64,000 bases of DNA from a virus (lineage: Duplodnaviria; Caudoviricetes), in the IMG/VR virus record IMGVR_UViG_3300044620_001883, positions 64,001 to 128,000 of that record. One strand, 5' to 3'. A program made the translations under genes and the position numbers. Of the stretch, positions 17,851-27,576 are shown in pieces. Position 1 is the stretch's first letter. Every line of letters begins with the position of its first letter. The notes beneath the pieces were generated by a model. The model ran no database searches. It was not told where the DNA came from and saw only the letters and a program-made list of their open reading frames with translations.

Positions 17851-17870
17851 CGCAGTAAAATCAGCACTTA

Positions 17871-18221
17871 GTGTCCACCAAGGCCTATCACGAGTACAGG
17901 GGGCAACAGCAGTTTGTCCGGTTTGATTTCGGCGTCACAGAAGCGTTCCCGCAAGGTACAAACTACATTGAAGTGCAGGTGGTAGGCTCCCATACGGAGC
18001 GCACCCCGGTGACAATCTCGTCGGATCTTACAATTGAGAAGGAGGACGATGACTGGTACTGGGATCGGCGCGATGAGTGGAACATCGCAGTAGATCAGCT
18101 CCTCAGTACACTGTTGACCGTGCTCACGCACAACCCGCAGCTGTTGGATCTGGAGCGTCCCGACTCCTCGACCGCAGACATGTTCACGGATTTATTCGAC
18201 ACGCTTGGAAACCAGTTTTGA
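17871..18221 (+). CDS. acidic hypothetical protein
   Basis: ORF tiling. Confidence 0.55.
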   Translation: MSTKAYHEYRGQQQFVRFDFGVTEAFPQGTNYIEVQVVGSHTERTPVTISSDLTIEKEDDDWYWDRRDEWNIAVDQLLSTLLTVLTHNPQLLDLERPDSSTADMFTDLFDTLGNQF

Positions 18222-18742
18222 ACAAACTACGAAATCTTATCCTCAAGTGCCACACTGCGTGGTACTGGCTCTCAGAAGGTACCTACGATGTGTACGTGGC
18301 CTTGACAGACTGGCGACCGGTCCTGACTGATCTGACCAGCATTTGGGTCGGTGTCATGCTGTGTGGTTGTCTCAATGCCTTGGTGACGATTCCGGACCAT
18401 CCGTTGTTGGGTTGTGTGTTTCTGCTGTGCTGTGCGAGCAGCATAAAGATCTCGCTGGCGACCAGTGACAACACGTACGCGCGTGCCTACGGGACGTTGG
18501 AGGCGCGGCAAAACATGCTGAAGAGCATGGAGGTTGCGGTGATAAATTTGCAGCAACAGGCACGGGATCCGAAGCAACTCGAATGGCGTGTCTTACAGCA
18601 AGCCGTGCAGGACTTGTACCTCAGCAACCTGACGGCGATGAAACGTCATGAGCAGTACAGGCAGGGTATGCGGTTTCGTGCGCAGCAGTGGTGTTATGAG
18701 AAGTACCAATTCCTGACAGGATGTCACAGAAGATCTCATTGA
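18218..18742 (+). CDS. membrane protein with coiled-coil C-terminus
   Basis: TTG start overlapping the previous stop; two hydrophobic segments. Confidence 0.5.
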   Translation: MNKLRNLILKCHTAWYWLSEGTYDVYVALTDWRPVLTDLTSIWVGVMLCGCLNALVTIPDHPLLGCVFLLCCASSIKISLATSDNTYARAYGTLEARQNMLKSMEVAVINLQQQARDPKQLEWRVLQQAVQDLYLSNLTAMKRHEQYRQGMRFRAQQWCYEKYQFLTGCHRRSH

Positions 18743-19101
18743 ACGCCCAAGCGGATCACGTGATTCTGATATCACGCGAGGGTGAACCGAGCACGAAGCT
18801 GGAGTTTAGGTGCAGTACAATAACCGCCATGACCATGGAGGAAGTGCTGAGCAGAGTGCAGTCTGCCGTGACGGATTGGATTATTGAGACGGACGAGGGC
18901 AAGCGTGCCTGGCAGGATTCTGTGGAGGACTTTAATGTCGGAGACCTGAGTCTGGAATTATGCGCCCAGCTCCATGAGCATCTCCGTAGCTGGGGTATCT
19001 TGAATGTCTCAGTCTCGTCACCGGACCACGACGTCTGTCCGGCGTGGAACTATGACACCGTGTTGGCTGAACGGTCGCGGTTGGAGGGCCTCGCCTCGTG
19101 A
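18721..19101 (+). CDS. hypothetical protein
   Basis: ORF tiling. Confidence 0.55.
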   Translation: MSQKISLNAQADHVILISREGEPSTKLEFRCSTITAMTMEEVLSRVQSAVTDWIIETDEGKRAWQDSVEDFNVGDLSLELCAQLHEHLRSWGILNVSVSSPDHDVCPAWNYDTVLAERSRLEGLAS

Positions 19102-19775
19102 GCGGTACTGTCGAGTACCCCTTCCTGTACGAGGCCACAGATGCTCAGCTGCAACGATTCTTCATGTTGACGGCCTTTGTGGCGGGTAAACATGCTGGCG
19201 TTCAGCAACGCAAGTTGGACGCCCTGCTGGGTGACTGGCGGGAGCTGTACGGACTGCGCTGTCCCTTCGACTGTTTGTCCATGTTATGGGCCGACGCGCG
19301 AAAGTGTGTTCCGGACAGCGGAGCGGAAGCGCAGCGTGTGGTGAAAGAGGAGCCGGCATTGGTGATCTGGCTACAGCAACACAAGGTTGGTCAGTACGTG
19401 CGCTTGTCGCGGTTGCTGTTCCATGTGGCAGCCAGGCACTATGAGGGGTTGCTGAATCTCCGCACCTGCACACGCGAGGACCTCGTAACGCTTCCCGGTT
19501 ACGGCCTCAAGAGCGCCTCTATGCTCATGCTATTCACACGCCCCGGATTGCAGTTGGCCTGCCTGGATACCCACATCTTACAGTACATGCAGCGCAAACG
19601 CCTGTGTGCTGGGATTCCCAAAACAACTCCTTCCGGTAATGAGTATTTGCGGTTGGAGAAGGCGTTCTTGCATCATTGTGATGAGCTGGGCCGCGTACCG
19701 GCAGAACTGGACTTCGAGATCTGGAAAGAAAACTCAGTGACGATGCGTGGACAAAAGTTCCTGACAGAGCTATGA
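19098..19775 (+). CDS. HhH DNA glycosylase (8-oxoguanine glycosylase/AP lyase-like)
   Basis: Helix-hairpin-helix LVTLPGYGLKSASMLM with Lys, LACLDTHIL with Asp, YLRLEKAF...ELDFEIW. Confidence 0.75.
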   Translation: MSGTVEYPFLYEATDAQLQRFFMLTAFVAGKHAGVQQRKLDALLGDWRELYGLRCPFDCLSMLWADARKCVPDSGAEAQRVVKEEPALVIWLQQHKVGQYVRLSRLLFHVAARHYEGLLNLRTCTREDLVTLPGYGLKSASMLMLFTRPGLQLACLDTHILQYMQRKRLCAGIPKTTPSGNEYLRLEKAFLHHCDELGRVPAELDFEIWKENSVTMRGQKFLTEL

Positions 19776-20293
19776 GCAGGCGTAGCACCAAAGCAACGCG
19801 GGACAAGTTCGTACAAGATTTCGTAAAATCCTGGGCAAGGGGGAGGGCACGCTTCGAAGCCATGCGCCGTCGTTTTGCGGCGGAGGCTGGGTGCGAAGTG
19901 ACGATTCATCCTAGACCTGAAAAGTACTATTGGAACTTTGTGATAATCCAGCAAGGGCTTGCTCCAGCCCTGCGTAAACTTCTTGGTCCCGAGGCGGCCG
20001 TGCTAGGTCCAATGGGGTTGTACTGTGATCTTACAGTCGTGGCGAATCTAATGCGTACGCGCAGTCCGTCCTTGGAGTTGAGATTCACGAACTACAACAA
20101 AGCGTCACTGCACTTTGTGTTACCGTCCGTAGCGAGACAAGCCAAATTCGCCCCCGGTTCCCTCGGCGCCATCAATGGGGGTAATCGTAAAAGCATCCCG
20201 ATCCCAGATGACTTTACCGTCGGGCAGCTCGTCGACCTCCTGTTAGCCGGGCGGCGCGCCCAGCGGAAGTTTTTCAAGACACTGTTGTCATGA
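19772..20293 (+). CDS. basic hypothetical protein
   Basis: ATGA coupling. Confidence 0.55.
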   Translation: MSRRSTKATRDKFVQDFVKSWARGRARFEAMRRRFAAEAGCEVTIHPRPEKYYWNFVIIQQGLAPALRKLLGPEAAVLGPMGLYCDLTVVANLMRTRSPSLELRFTNYNKASLHFVLPSVARQAKFAPGSLGAINGGNRKSIPIPDDFTVGQLVDLLLAGRRAQRKFFKTLLS

Positions 20294-20757
20294 CCTCCCC
20301 ACCTATTCCCGCAGGGCTTCCTCCCGAGGAAGCCATTAAACGAGTGCTGACGGATCAACTCGATCAGCCGGAGTGCTGGGCCAAAGCCCTCGTGAATCTT
20401 TCGGAGTTAGACAGAGAGTGCCAAGTGGACGCCCTGGTTATGCTGCAGCTGGCGCAGCCCATAAGACAGTTTCTGCATCAGGTCGCGGGGGGCAATTCGG
20501 AAATCAATCAGACGATGCGGCGAGCTCGTATGTTCTTGTACGCGCTGAGCCTCAAACCTGGTACGGTTACTCTGGGTATGCATCCGGACAAACAAGGGCA
20601 TGTGTTGACCCTCAAACTGGACTTGGGTGCGGTTCCTCTGCTGGAGGAGTTCTATGAGGAGGAAGACAAGGCGCAGGCGCTTGACGAATACGCGCTACTG
20701 ACGGAACTGAGAATGCCGGCCAATGCCTTGCACACCACGCACGACAAGGACGCATGA
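20290..20757 (+). CDS. hypothetical protein
   Basis: ATGA coupling. Confidence 0.55.
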   Translation: MTSPPIPAGLPPEEAIKRVLTDQLDQPECWAKALVNLSELDRECQVDALVMLQLAQPIRQFLHQVAGGNSEINQTMRRARMFLYALSLKPGTVTLGMHPDKQGHVLTLKLDLGAVPLLEEFYEEEDKAQALDEYALLTELRMPANALHTTHDKDA

Positions 20758-22808
20758 GCACACCCACTACACCCGCACAAGTACGAGACCGCATTGAGGT
20801 TCTCAGGAAGCAGATTGAAGATGCCGCTAACTGGTACTACCAGGTGGGGCGGCCCGTGATATCAGACCAGGAATACGACAAGCTGTTCCGAGAACTGCAG
20901 ATCTACGAAGCGAGCTATCCGGAACTCCTGACGCCGGCGTCCCCAACGCAGCGCATCCTGCAGCAACCCCTGAAGGGCTTTGCTTCCTGCATGCGCCAGA
21001 TCCCAATGCTCAGCCTCGCGAATGCCTACGAGGACAAGGATATCAAGACATTCTTGGAGCGTTGCGTGAAAACAATCGGGACGCAGGACACGCCAGCCTA
21101 CTTGGTGGAGCCGAAGGTGGATGGTCTCTCCGTGGAGCTGTACTACAACCATGGTATTTTGACGCGCGCCCTGACCCGTGGTGACGGTATCACGGGTGAT
21201 GATGTGACGGCCCAGGTCAGGACGATTCGTAGCGTCCCGCTGCAACTCAAGAGCACTACCGGCTTCCTGCACCCGGATGAGATGGTGTTTCGTGGGGAAG
21301 TGTACATGTCGCGGGATACATTCCAGCTGCTCAATGCACAGCGTGTCGCCGCCGGGGAAGAGGAATGGGCAAACCCCCGCAATGCTGCCGTGGGAGCCCT
21401 CAAGCAGCTGGACCCGCGTGAGACCTCCAAGCGGCGTCTGGACTGTGTCATCTACGAGTTGCTGGAATGTGACAGCTGGGTCTGTCAGACAACCCTCCAT
21501 GATCAGTTCCGCTGCATGGGCCTGCCGACCTTTCCTCCGCATGTCCTGTACCGCACACGCCAACCCACCGTCGAGCAGACCTTGGTGTCTCTGAAGGATG
21601 CGCTGGCGCAGCTGCAGAGTGAGCGTGGTACGTTGCCCTTCGACATCGATGGCGCGGTGATCAAGCTTGATCAGCGGAATCTCCGCCGACTGCTTGGCAC
21701 CAACAAGACAGCCCCGCTCTGGGCCGCGGCCTTCAAGTACCCACCCGAGGAAGCCAAGACCGTCCTGAATTCCGTGACGGTCCAGATGGGCAAGAACGGT
21801 GTCCTGACGCCCGTGGCGGAACTCCGTGCCGTGAAGCTTGCTGGTTCCACGATTCGGCGCGCGACCCTCCACAACTATGTGGATGTCGCCGCGAAGGACA
21901 TCCGGGTCGGGGACCATGTGATCATTGCAAAAGCAGCAGAAATCATACCGCAGGTCTTACGGCCGATTCTGGACAAGCGCACAGGCGACTGTTCCAAGAT
22001 CTTCGCCCCAACGGAGTGTCCGTTCTGCGGCTCCCCCACAGGCAAGTCTGAGGAAGAGGCGGTGGCAATCCGTTGCACCAACTATGATTGCCCGGAGTGG
22101 TTCAAGCAACGTCTCTGCTACTTTGTATCCAAGGCCGCTTTGGATGTTGAGGGAATGGGACCGTCCACTATTGAGGCGATTTTGACGCATCTGCCGCGCG
22201 TGAAACGGTACGCAGATCTGTTCCTGCTTGGCATCCCCGAGTTGGATCGGTGCGGGCTAGGGGAGAAGCAGGCCAGCAATACCGTCAAGGCACTCGCGAC
22301 GGCACGTCAACGCGCAGCCCAGGAGCAAGACCGGGTTATCCGGGGACTCTGTATCCCGCAGGTTGGCAACACGGCATCGAGGGCGCTCGTGACACACTTT
22401 GGCAGTATCCCAGCAATCCTGGCCGCCGCCGACCAGGATATCCTGTCCTGTCCGGATATGCTCCCTGTGGCTGCCGCAGCCTTCCTGGCCTGGCGGCAAG
22501 ACACCGAGAAGGTGCGGGACATTGATCTGCTGGGTTTGGTCGGCTTCGAGTTCCCGGAAGCCACGCGGGAGATCAAAGGTAACACCTTGGAGGGTGAAAT
22601 CTGGGTCATCACCGGCACCCTGACGGTCCCACGTGAGATCGCAGCGGCGATGATCAGGGCCCACGGAGGCAAGGTGGCATCGGGGGTGACCAAGAACACG
22701 ACCCGGTTGCTCGCCGGTGACAAGGCAGGCTCGAAACTCGACAAGGCCGCGAAGCTGGGTGTCATGGTGGTAACCGAAGAAGAGTTCCGGACGCGCATTG
22801 GAGCTTGA
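20754..22808 (+). CDS. ligA: NAD-dependent DNA ligase
   Basis: MLSL, EPKVDGLS, TRGDGITG, RGEVY, NPRNAAVG, DIDGAVIK, AFKYP, RATLHN, Cys4 zinc finger, HhH repeats, C-terminal BRCT. Confidence 0.97.
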   Translation: MSTPTTPAQVRDRIEVLRKQIEDAANWYYQVGRPVISDQEYDKLFRELQIYEASYPELLTPASPTQRILQQPLKGFASCMRQIPMLSLANAYEDKDIKTFLERCVKTIGTQDTPAYLVEPKVDGLSVELYYNHGILTRALTRGDGITGDDVTAQVRTIRSVPLQLKSTTGFLHPDEMVFRGEVYMSRDTFQLLNAQRVAAGEEEWANPRNAAVGALKQLDPRETSKRRLDCVIYELLECDSWVCQTTLHDQFRCMGLPTFPPHVLYRTRQPTVEQTLVSLKDALAQLQSERGTLPFDIDGAVIKLDQRNLRRLLGTNKTAPLWAAAFKYPPEEAKTVLNSVTVQMGKNGVLTPVAELRAVKLAGSTIRRATLHNYVDVAAKDIRVGDHVIIAKAAEIIPQVLRPILDKRTGDCSKIFAPTECPFCGSPTGKSEEEAVAIRCTNYDCPEWFKQRLCYFVSKAALDVEGMGPSTIEAILTHLPRVKRYADLFLLGIPELDRCGLGEKQASNTVKALATARQRAAQEQDRVIRGLCIPQVGNTASRALVTHFGSIPAILAAADQDILSCPDMLPVAAAAFLAWRQDTEKVRDIDLLGLVGFEFPEATREIKGNTLEGEIWVITGTLTVPREIAAAMIRAHGGKVASGVTKNTTRLLAGDKAGSKLDKAAKLGVMVVTEEEFRTRIGA

Positions 22809-22811
22809 TTG

Positions 22812-23055
22812 GATACGCACGTCGTGTCATTCTCATTTTATCTGCGGCTAGTGCTCCCCTAGCTGCAGATGCACCACCAGCAGGTGTGCAGTGTCGGAAG
22901 CGTTTTCCTGCAACCTTTCCCTGAGTGGTTACAGGGTTTCACGTATTGTCCCTGCACGCGCAATAAACCGCGGCAGGGTTTCCGATCAGAACAGCTGGCG
23001 TTTATTAAACAGGACTGGCAGGTGCTCCCTCACACCTGCCAGTCCATTTTTCATA
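22812..23055 (+). ncRNA. putative structured ncRNA / 3' UTR element
   Basis: Six to seven hairpins, long-range TCGGAA/TTCCGA helix, two loops sharing GTGCTCCC, ends in a terminator. Confidence 0.45.
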
Positions 23056-23056
23056 T
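23012..23056 (+). terminator. Rho-independent terminator
   Basis: Perfect 13-bp stem GGACTGGCAGGTG/CACCTGCCAGTCC followed by ATTTTTCATATTT. Confidence 0.8.
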
Positions 23057-23075
23057 TTACATGGGCAGAACTAGA

Positions 23076-23303
23076 ATGAGCAGAGACGTCCGGTACTTTG
23101 TGCTGGGTTGGGTGTGCGTGTTGGTTGGTATGGTTCCTTGGGCGGTGCTGCTGGCCGACTCTTCCGGCGCCGTGTTTGGCATGTTGTGCGTCGTGGGGCA
23201 GATCGCAGGGGCCTGTGTGGGTTTTTGGCTCATCTACAAAGCGCACACGTGGCGTGAACCAGAACCGAAGAAAGAACGTCCAAACAACGAAAAATGGTCA
23301 TGA
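23076..23303 (+). CDS. small two-TM membrane protein
   Basis: Two hydrophobic helices; in-frame ATG after the terminator. Confidence 0.6.
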   Translation: MSRDVRYFVLGWVCVLVGMVPWAVLLADSSGAVFGMLCVVGQIAGACVGFWLIYKAHTWREPEPKKERPNNEKWS

Positions 23304-24061
23304 CTTATCGCATTGAACAGATCACTAAATTTGTGGACCGCATGCATGCGATCCTGGCAGACGATTCAGTTGAACGCATTGAGCTCACCAAAGAGGAGTA
23401 CACGGCGCAGGAACTCTCCGTTATCCTTAACACCTACCTGGCTGAGGCGCAGACATCCCAGCAGCGGGCTGCGATGCTTGAGGAGCTGGCGGAGCTGGCC
23501 ACGCAAGCAGCGGCATCAATCACGCTGACGGCAAAAACTGCGGCGCTGTTGTTTGCGATCAACCACACCGTCACGACTTGTTCAACCATGGTAGATGCCA
23601 TAGATCAAGCATTGAAGCTCGGTGTGCATGCCCGCCGCGCCGCCCTGGAGCTGACAGCACAGGGGATCGCAACAGAGCTGCGGAATATTCACGCGGACCT
23701 CTCGGTAATCGCGAAGGATGGTGAACTGTCGGCTGCGCGTCAACCTGAGGAAGTCACGTGGGTGCCGCTAGCACGCGTGCTGGCAGTCCTGAACCACCCG
23801 AACTTCTACTGGGGCAACACCAACATGGCGGCGACAGCCAAGTACCTGGAACTCCGGATCGACACCCGGGACAACCACTGCGTGGTCATGGACGCAAAGC
23901 ATAAGCTCCTGGACATCAAGCACCTCGAGGAGGCCTGCCTGAAGTTCTATGTGCCGAACATGAACGAGAATGTGTGTCCCCGTGAAAAGGGACCCAAGGC
24001 GTTGATCTCAGACACGCAAACCGAACCAGCATCGGACCATGGACCTGATCCAGTCACGTAA
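23294..24061 (+). CDS. hypothetical protein
   Basis: ORF tiling; helical N-half. Confidence 0.6.
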   Translation: MVMTYRIEQITKFVDRMHAILADDSVERIELTKEEYTAQELSVILNTYLAEAQTSQQRAAMLEELAELATQAAASITLTAKTAALLFAINHTVTTCSTMVDAIDQALKLGVHARRAALELTAQGIATELRNIHADLSVIAKDGELSAARQPEEVTWVPLARVLAVLNHPNFYWGNTNMAATAKYLELRIDTRDNHCVVMDAKHKLLDIKHLEEACLKFYVPNMNENVCPREKGPKALISDTQTEPASDHGPDPVT

Positions 24062-24482
24062 GCAATTCCGTCAGGATATCACGCAGATATTTGAATCTCT
24101 GCGACATCAGCGAGGTGAGGCTATTGATGTAGCCTGGGACGATCTCATTCAGTACTACGTCATGGGGTTCAATGGTTTCAATCCCATGACGACCACGGCC
24201 AGGCTCCTGGAGGTAGCCAAGCATATCCCCTATCTGGAGCTACCCGACATACACGGGGTGCACTTTCAATTCAACGTGCTGTACAGTGACCCTGCATATC
24301 CGCAAGAGTCATCGACGCGGGTGGTTGTGCAGATGGTACGCAAAGTGCGTGTGGTTTATCGAATGGAGTGTGAAGCCAAGGTTCCTCTGGGGCATCCTCA
24401 CATCAAATACAATCCCGACTTCCCGGTGCCTGCGCCTGAGTTTGGAGAGTTCCTGGATTACGAGATCATTGACGAATCATGA
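24039..24482 (+). CDS. hypothetical protein
   Basis: ORF tiling. Confidence 0.55.
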   Translation: MDLIQSRKQFRQDITQIFESLRHQRGEAIDVAWDDLIQYYVMGFNGFNPMTTTARLLEVAKHIPYLELPDIHGVHFQFNVLYSDPAYPQESSTRVVVQMVRKVRVVYRMECEAKVPLGHPHIKYNPDFPVPAPEFGEFLDYEIIDES

Positions 24483-25186
24483 GTACAACTCTAACTGCTG
24501 TTGACTGGATTGTGACGCCCTGGCAACCGACCGGGCTGGCCGTGGGGGATTTCGTGGAAGCTGCAGCGCGTGCCGACGACGCCTGGTTCGGCGTGATTCG
24601 CGGTGAGATCTCGTACATCTTGCGTGGTCCGGAATGCTACGCTGCCGTCGAAGTAGACGACGGTGTAGTCTGGGACGTGGATATCAGTCAGATCAAGGTT
24701 CTCAGTGGGAAGCGCAAAGTGTCCATATACCTGAGCGAGAACACCAAGCTTGACCCTCTGCACAGCTCACACAAGAGCGCCGCGTATAACACCATGCCGG
24801 TGAGCTTGTTCGGGTTGCGGTTGGGTCTCCTGACCGTGCAGGTCTATCGTTGTGACCAGGACAGGCCGGCAATAGCAGACACCCAGCTGCACCTGCACAC
24901 CGCTGTATTGGAGTTCAATGAGGAAGAAGACGAAATCACCTGGGAGGCAGTCTTGCCGTTGTTCCAGGAGCTCCCGATTTCAACCATAGGCAGGAAAGAG
25001 AAACCCACGGAGGCTCTCGTGTCCTTGACGCATTCCGGCAAAGAGGATTGGGGTTGGGAACAATCCTTCCCGCTCCAGTTCTGTCATGCCAACCGCAAGG
25101 TGTACGTCTGCGTTGGGGACCTTGATTCCATCCCGGATGTAGAGGACATGACAAACCTCGAAGACGACATATGCCAATGGGATTAG
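24479..25186 (+). CDS. hypothetical protein
   Basis: ATGA coupling. Confidence 0.6.
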   Translation: MSTTLTAVDWIVTPWQPTGLAVGDFVEAAARADDAWFGVIRGEISYILRGPECYAAVEVDDGVVWDVDISQIKVLSGKRKVSIYLSENTKLDPLHSSHKSAAYNTMPVSLFGLRLGLLTVQVYRCDQDRPAIADTQLHLHTAVLEFNEEEDEITWEAVLPLFQELPISTIGRKEKPTEALVSLTHSGKEDWGWEQSFPLQFCHANRKVYVCVGDLDSIPDVEDMTNLEDDICQWD

Positions 25187-25614
25187 GAGACCTCGGTTTC
25201 GTCCCAGTAATCCTGACAGAGGATGATTATAAGGCTGCTGCCAAGCTGGTAGAACATGCTGAAACGTACGTGCTGTCCCATCAGGACATGAAGCGTATTC
25301 AAACAGGCTTCGATCCTCCCGCTGGTGCGGACCCGGCTAGGCAGATTATCATGGGAGGCGTGATACGCTGTGTGTTCACCCACGAGTACCAACCCTGCGG
25401 ATTATGTCGACACCTTTCACTGAGTGTCATCGAAGAGGTCGGTACCAAAATAGTACCTAGCCGGCTGGTAGCTTACATTGCGGCGAAGTTCTTCGGGTTC
25501 GACATTAAGGACAAGGGCGCCGTTGATGTACTGACGGTCTACCTGGAAGCAAATGAGGAACCTGCGGCGCCTCCGGTCTTTAATCTAATCCAGAGAATTC
25601 ATGAACCAGAATGA
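25171..25614 (+). CDS. hypothetical protein
   Basis: ORF tiling. Confidence 0.55.
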   Translation: MPMGLGDLGFVPVILTEDDYKAAAKLVEHAETYVLSHQDMKRIQTGFDPPAGADPARQIIMGGVIRCVFTHEYQPCGLCRHLSLSVIEEVGTKIVPSRLVAYIAAKFFGFDIKDKGAVDVLTVYLEANEEPAAPPVFNLIQRIHEPE

Positions 25615-26089
25615 AATCAAGGCGCTCGGACGCCGACGCGAACTGGAGAGGCTGTTCGCAGGTAAGAAGGTGTGGCTCAGGAATCCTCAAGGGATGTACA
25701 TGTGCCATCCAGATGGTAAGCAGGGTGTAGGAGCGAGCTGGCACCCAGAGAACACACATGCGCGGATCTTTGACTTTGATCAGGCCCGCGTCGCTGATCA
25801 GTTGTTCGATATCCAGATGGAGCAAGGTGATGAATGGGAAGTCGAGGAGGCGAGTCGTCCCTACTCGGTGCTGTTGCTGTATCCCGACTACCTGGCGGAC
25901 ACGTATGGGCAGGACACGTTCTTGACCACCGTGCAGGCCATCAATCCCATCCAGGCTGTGGCGTTGGCACGTAGTCAAATGGCGGTGGCCCAACACTTAG
26001 TACCTGAAGCAACGGAGGACCCATATTTGCTTCTGGTCTGTGAAGGTGCGATCCGCAACCTGGTCTACAAGGGAGAACTGCTATGCTGA
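25601..26089 (+). CDS. hypothetical protein
   Basis: ORF tiling. Confidence 0.6.
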   Translation: MNQNEIKALGRRRELERLFAGKKVWLRNPQGMYMCHPDGKQGVGASWHPENTHARIFDFDQARVADQLFDIQMEQGDEWEVEEASRPYSVLLLYPDYLADTYGQDTFLTTVQAINPIQAVALARSQMAVAQHLVPEATEDPYLLLVCEGAIRNLVYKGELLC

Positions 26090-27576
26090 TAGGCCACACC
26101 GCTACAGGCAGCATTGCTGTCATGGTGGATGAGGGGCGCAAGTACACCCTGTATCAGCAGAGCGGCGGATGGCATCTGCGCGCGTATGCTGACTTTTCAA
26201 ACAGAATCGTGGAGGAGCGCGTTCCTGTCACGGAGGTGGAATGGCTGGCATGGCACAAAGTCAATGAGGCCGAGCAGGAGTTGCGGAACATCTGTATCAG
26301 GTTCAAGGAGGACCAAGCTTTCGCAGTAGAGCTGCTGCGCATGCGTGATCGTACCATGCAGACCGTAGAGGTCCTGGATGCAGTTGTCCGCAAGCGGATC
26401 AAAGACGCCACGATGGGTGACGTGCGCAAGAGCATGACGGCGCGGCAGTGGGACGTCATTGTACGTCATGGCAAATACCCTACAGGGTTTGATCGGGTCG
26501 TGTACGCGACTCTGACCAAGCGCCTTCAAGCACTGAGGTATGCCGCGCAGAAGCGCCGCCCAGGTCGCGGCTGGGTCGCCCCCACCCCACGTCCAAGCTC
26601 ACTCTACCTGGCGACACTAAGATCGCAGTTGAACCAGAAACGTGAGATCGCGCGCGCCAAGCGAGATGCAGCGGCCAGGAAACGGCTCGAGCCCCTCAAT
26701 AAGTTCCTGCTCCATGTAGCGCACCGATTCGACAAGTCCGTTTATGCCCTGCATAACCAGAGTCAGATCCGCGTGGGCATGGGTGTTACTGGTCACTCCC
26801 AATTCAACCGAGGGCGTTGGCGCTCCACTCCCGGCGCTGCTGGGGTGCAGCTTATCCGGGGACGCGTGGTCCTCACAACCGTACAGCGTGGTGGTAAGTG
26901 CTTCGCATTCAAGATGCCTGCCAACTGGCGCAAGGCAGCTGTGGGGGTGGCACACCCACGTGGTCTGTTCTGCGTAGCCTCCAAGGAGTATCCAGGCTTC
27001 TATGAGAACTGGGGGTTCGATGTACCAGACAAGATCACAGCCGTGCCGATCTCTAAGCGCCCCCTCAAGGACATGCCGCATCATGCACGAATGCTGCCCT
27101 CCTGTTGGCGTATCCTCGGGTACAGCTATAAGGGTGTGCGCGTGCCTGAAAACGTGATGCGGCGCGAGTACGCACCCGAGGATATCCTGGAAGAGGATAA
27201 CCAGGAAGTTCGGCGCATCATGATCGAGCTGCTGGCGCCGGAGATTCTGGAGGCCAGTGGAATCCTGAAGGTGCTCCATCGTGACGACTTCGGAACATTG
27301 TTTGTGGCCGGGCTGCCAGCCGATGCGTATGACCTGAGCCAGCCGCGGCTTGGTGAAATTGAATACCGGCGTACTTGCGACACCGTGCGGCGCTTCGGCG
27401 CCACCAAGCACAGTCTGACGTTGTTCGTCAAAGTCGTGAACTCTACGGCTGAACCGGACGGTACCTTCAAGGACTACTACCTGCAGGTGCCGCCGCATAT
27501 AAGCTCTTCGAAAGAAGCCGTGGCCTGGACGTTTGGTCTGCGAGCAGATCACTACAACCCCACCTTTGAATCATGA
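26083..27576 (+). CDS. DUF6745-like domain protein
   Basis: ILEEDNQEVRRIMIE...VKVVNSTAEPDGTFKDYYLQVPP...KEAVAWTFGL...YNP C-terminus. Confidence 0.7.
   Translation: MLIGHTATGSIAVMVDEGRKYTLYQQSGGWHLRAYADFSNRIVEERVPVTEVEWLAWHKVNEAEQELRNICIRFKEDQAFAVELLRMRDRTMQTVEVLDAVVRKRIKDATMGDVRKSMTARQWDVIVRHGKYPTGFDRVVYATLTKRLQALRYAAQKRRPGRGWVAPTPRPSSLYLATLRSQLNQKREIARAKRDAAARKRLEPLNKFLLHVAHRFDKSVYALHNQSQIRVGMGVTGHSQFNRGRWRSTPGAAGVQLIRGRVVLTTVQRGGKCFAFKMPANWRKAAVGVAHPRGLFCVASKEYPGFYENWGFDVPDKITAVPISKRPLKDMPHHARMLPSCWRILGYSYKGVRVPENVMRREYAPEDILEEDNQEVRRIMIELLAPEILEASGILKVLHRDDFGTLFVAGLPADAYDLSQPRLGEIEYRRTCDTVRRFGATKHSLTLFVKVVNSTAEPDGTFKDYYLQVPPHISSSKEAVAWTFGLRADHYNPTFES

Noticed and set aside
20862-21917. 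Long minus-strand ORFs (also 41519-42568, 45244-46209, 57073-58245, 59395-59916)
   Set aside because: They are antisense shadows of well-supported + strand genes with C/G-ending codons and carry no recognisable motifs.
22869-23075. N-terminal extension of ORF 22869-23303
   Set aside because: It overlaps a strong terminator and hairpin array; the in-frame ATG at 23076 gives a compact two-TM protein.
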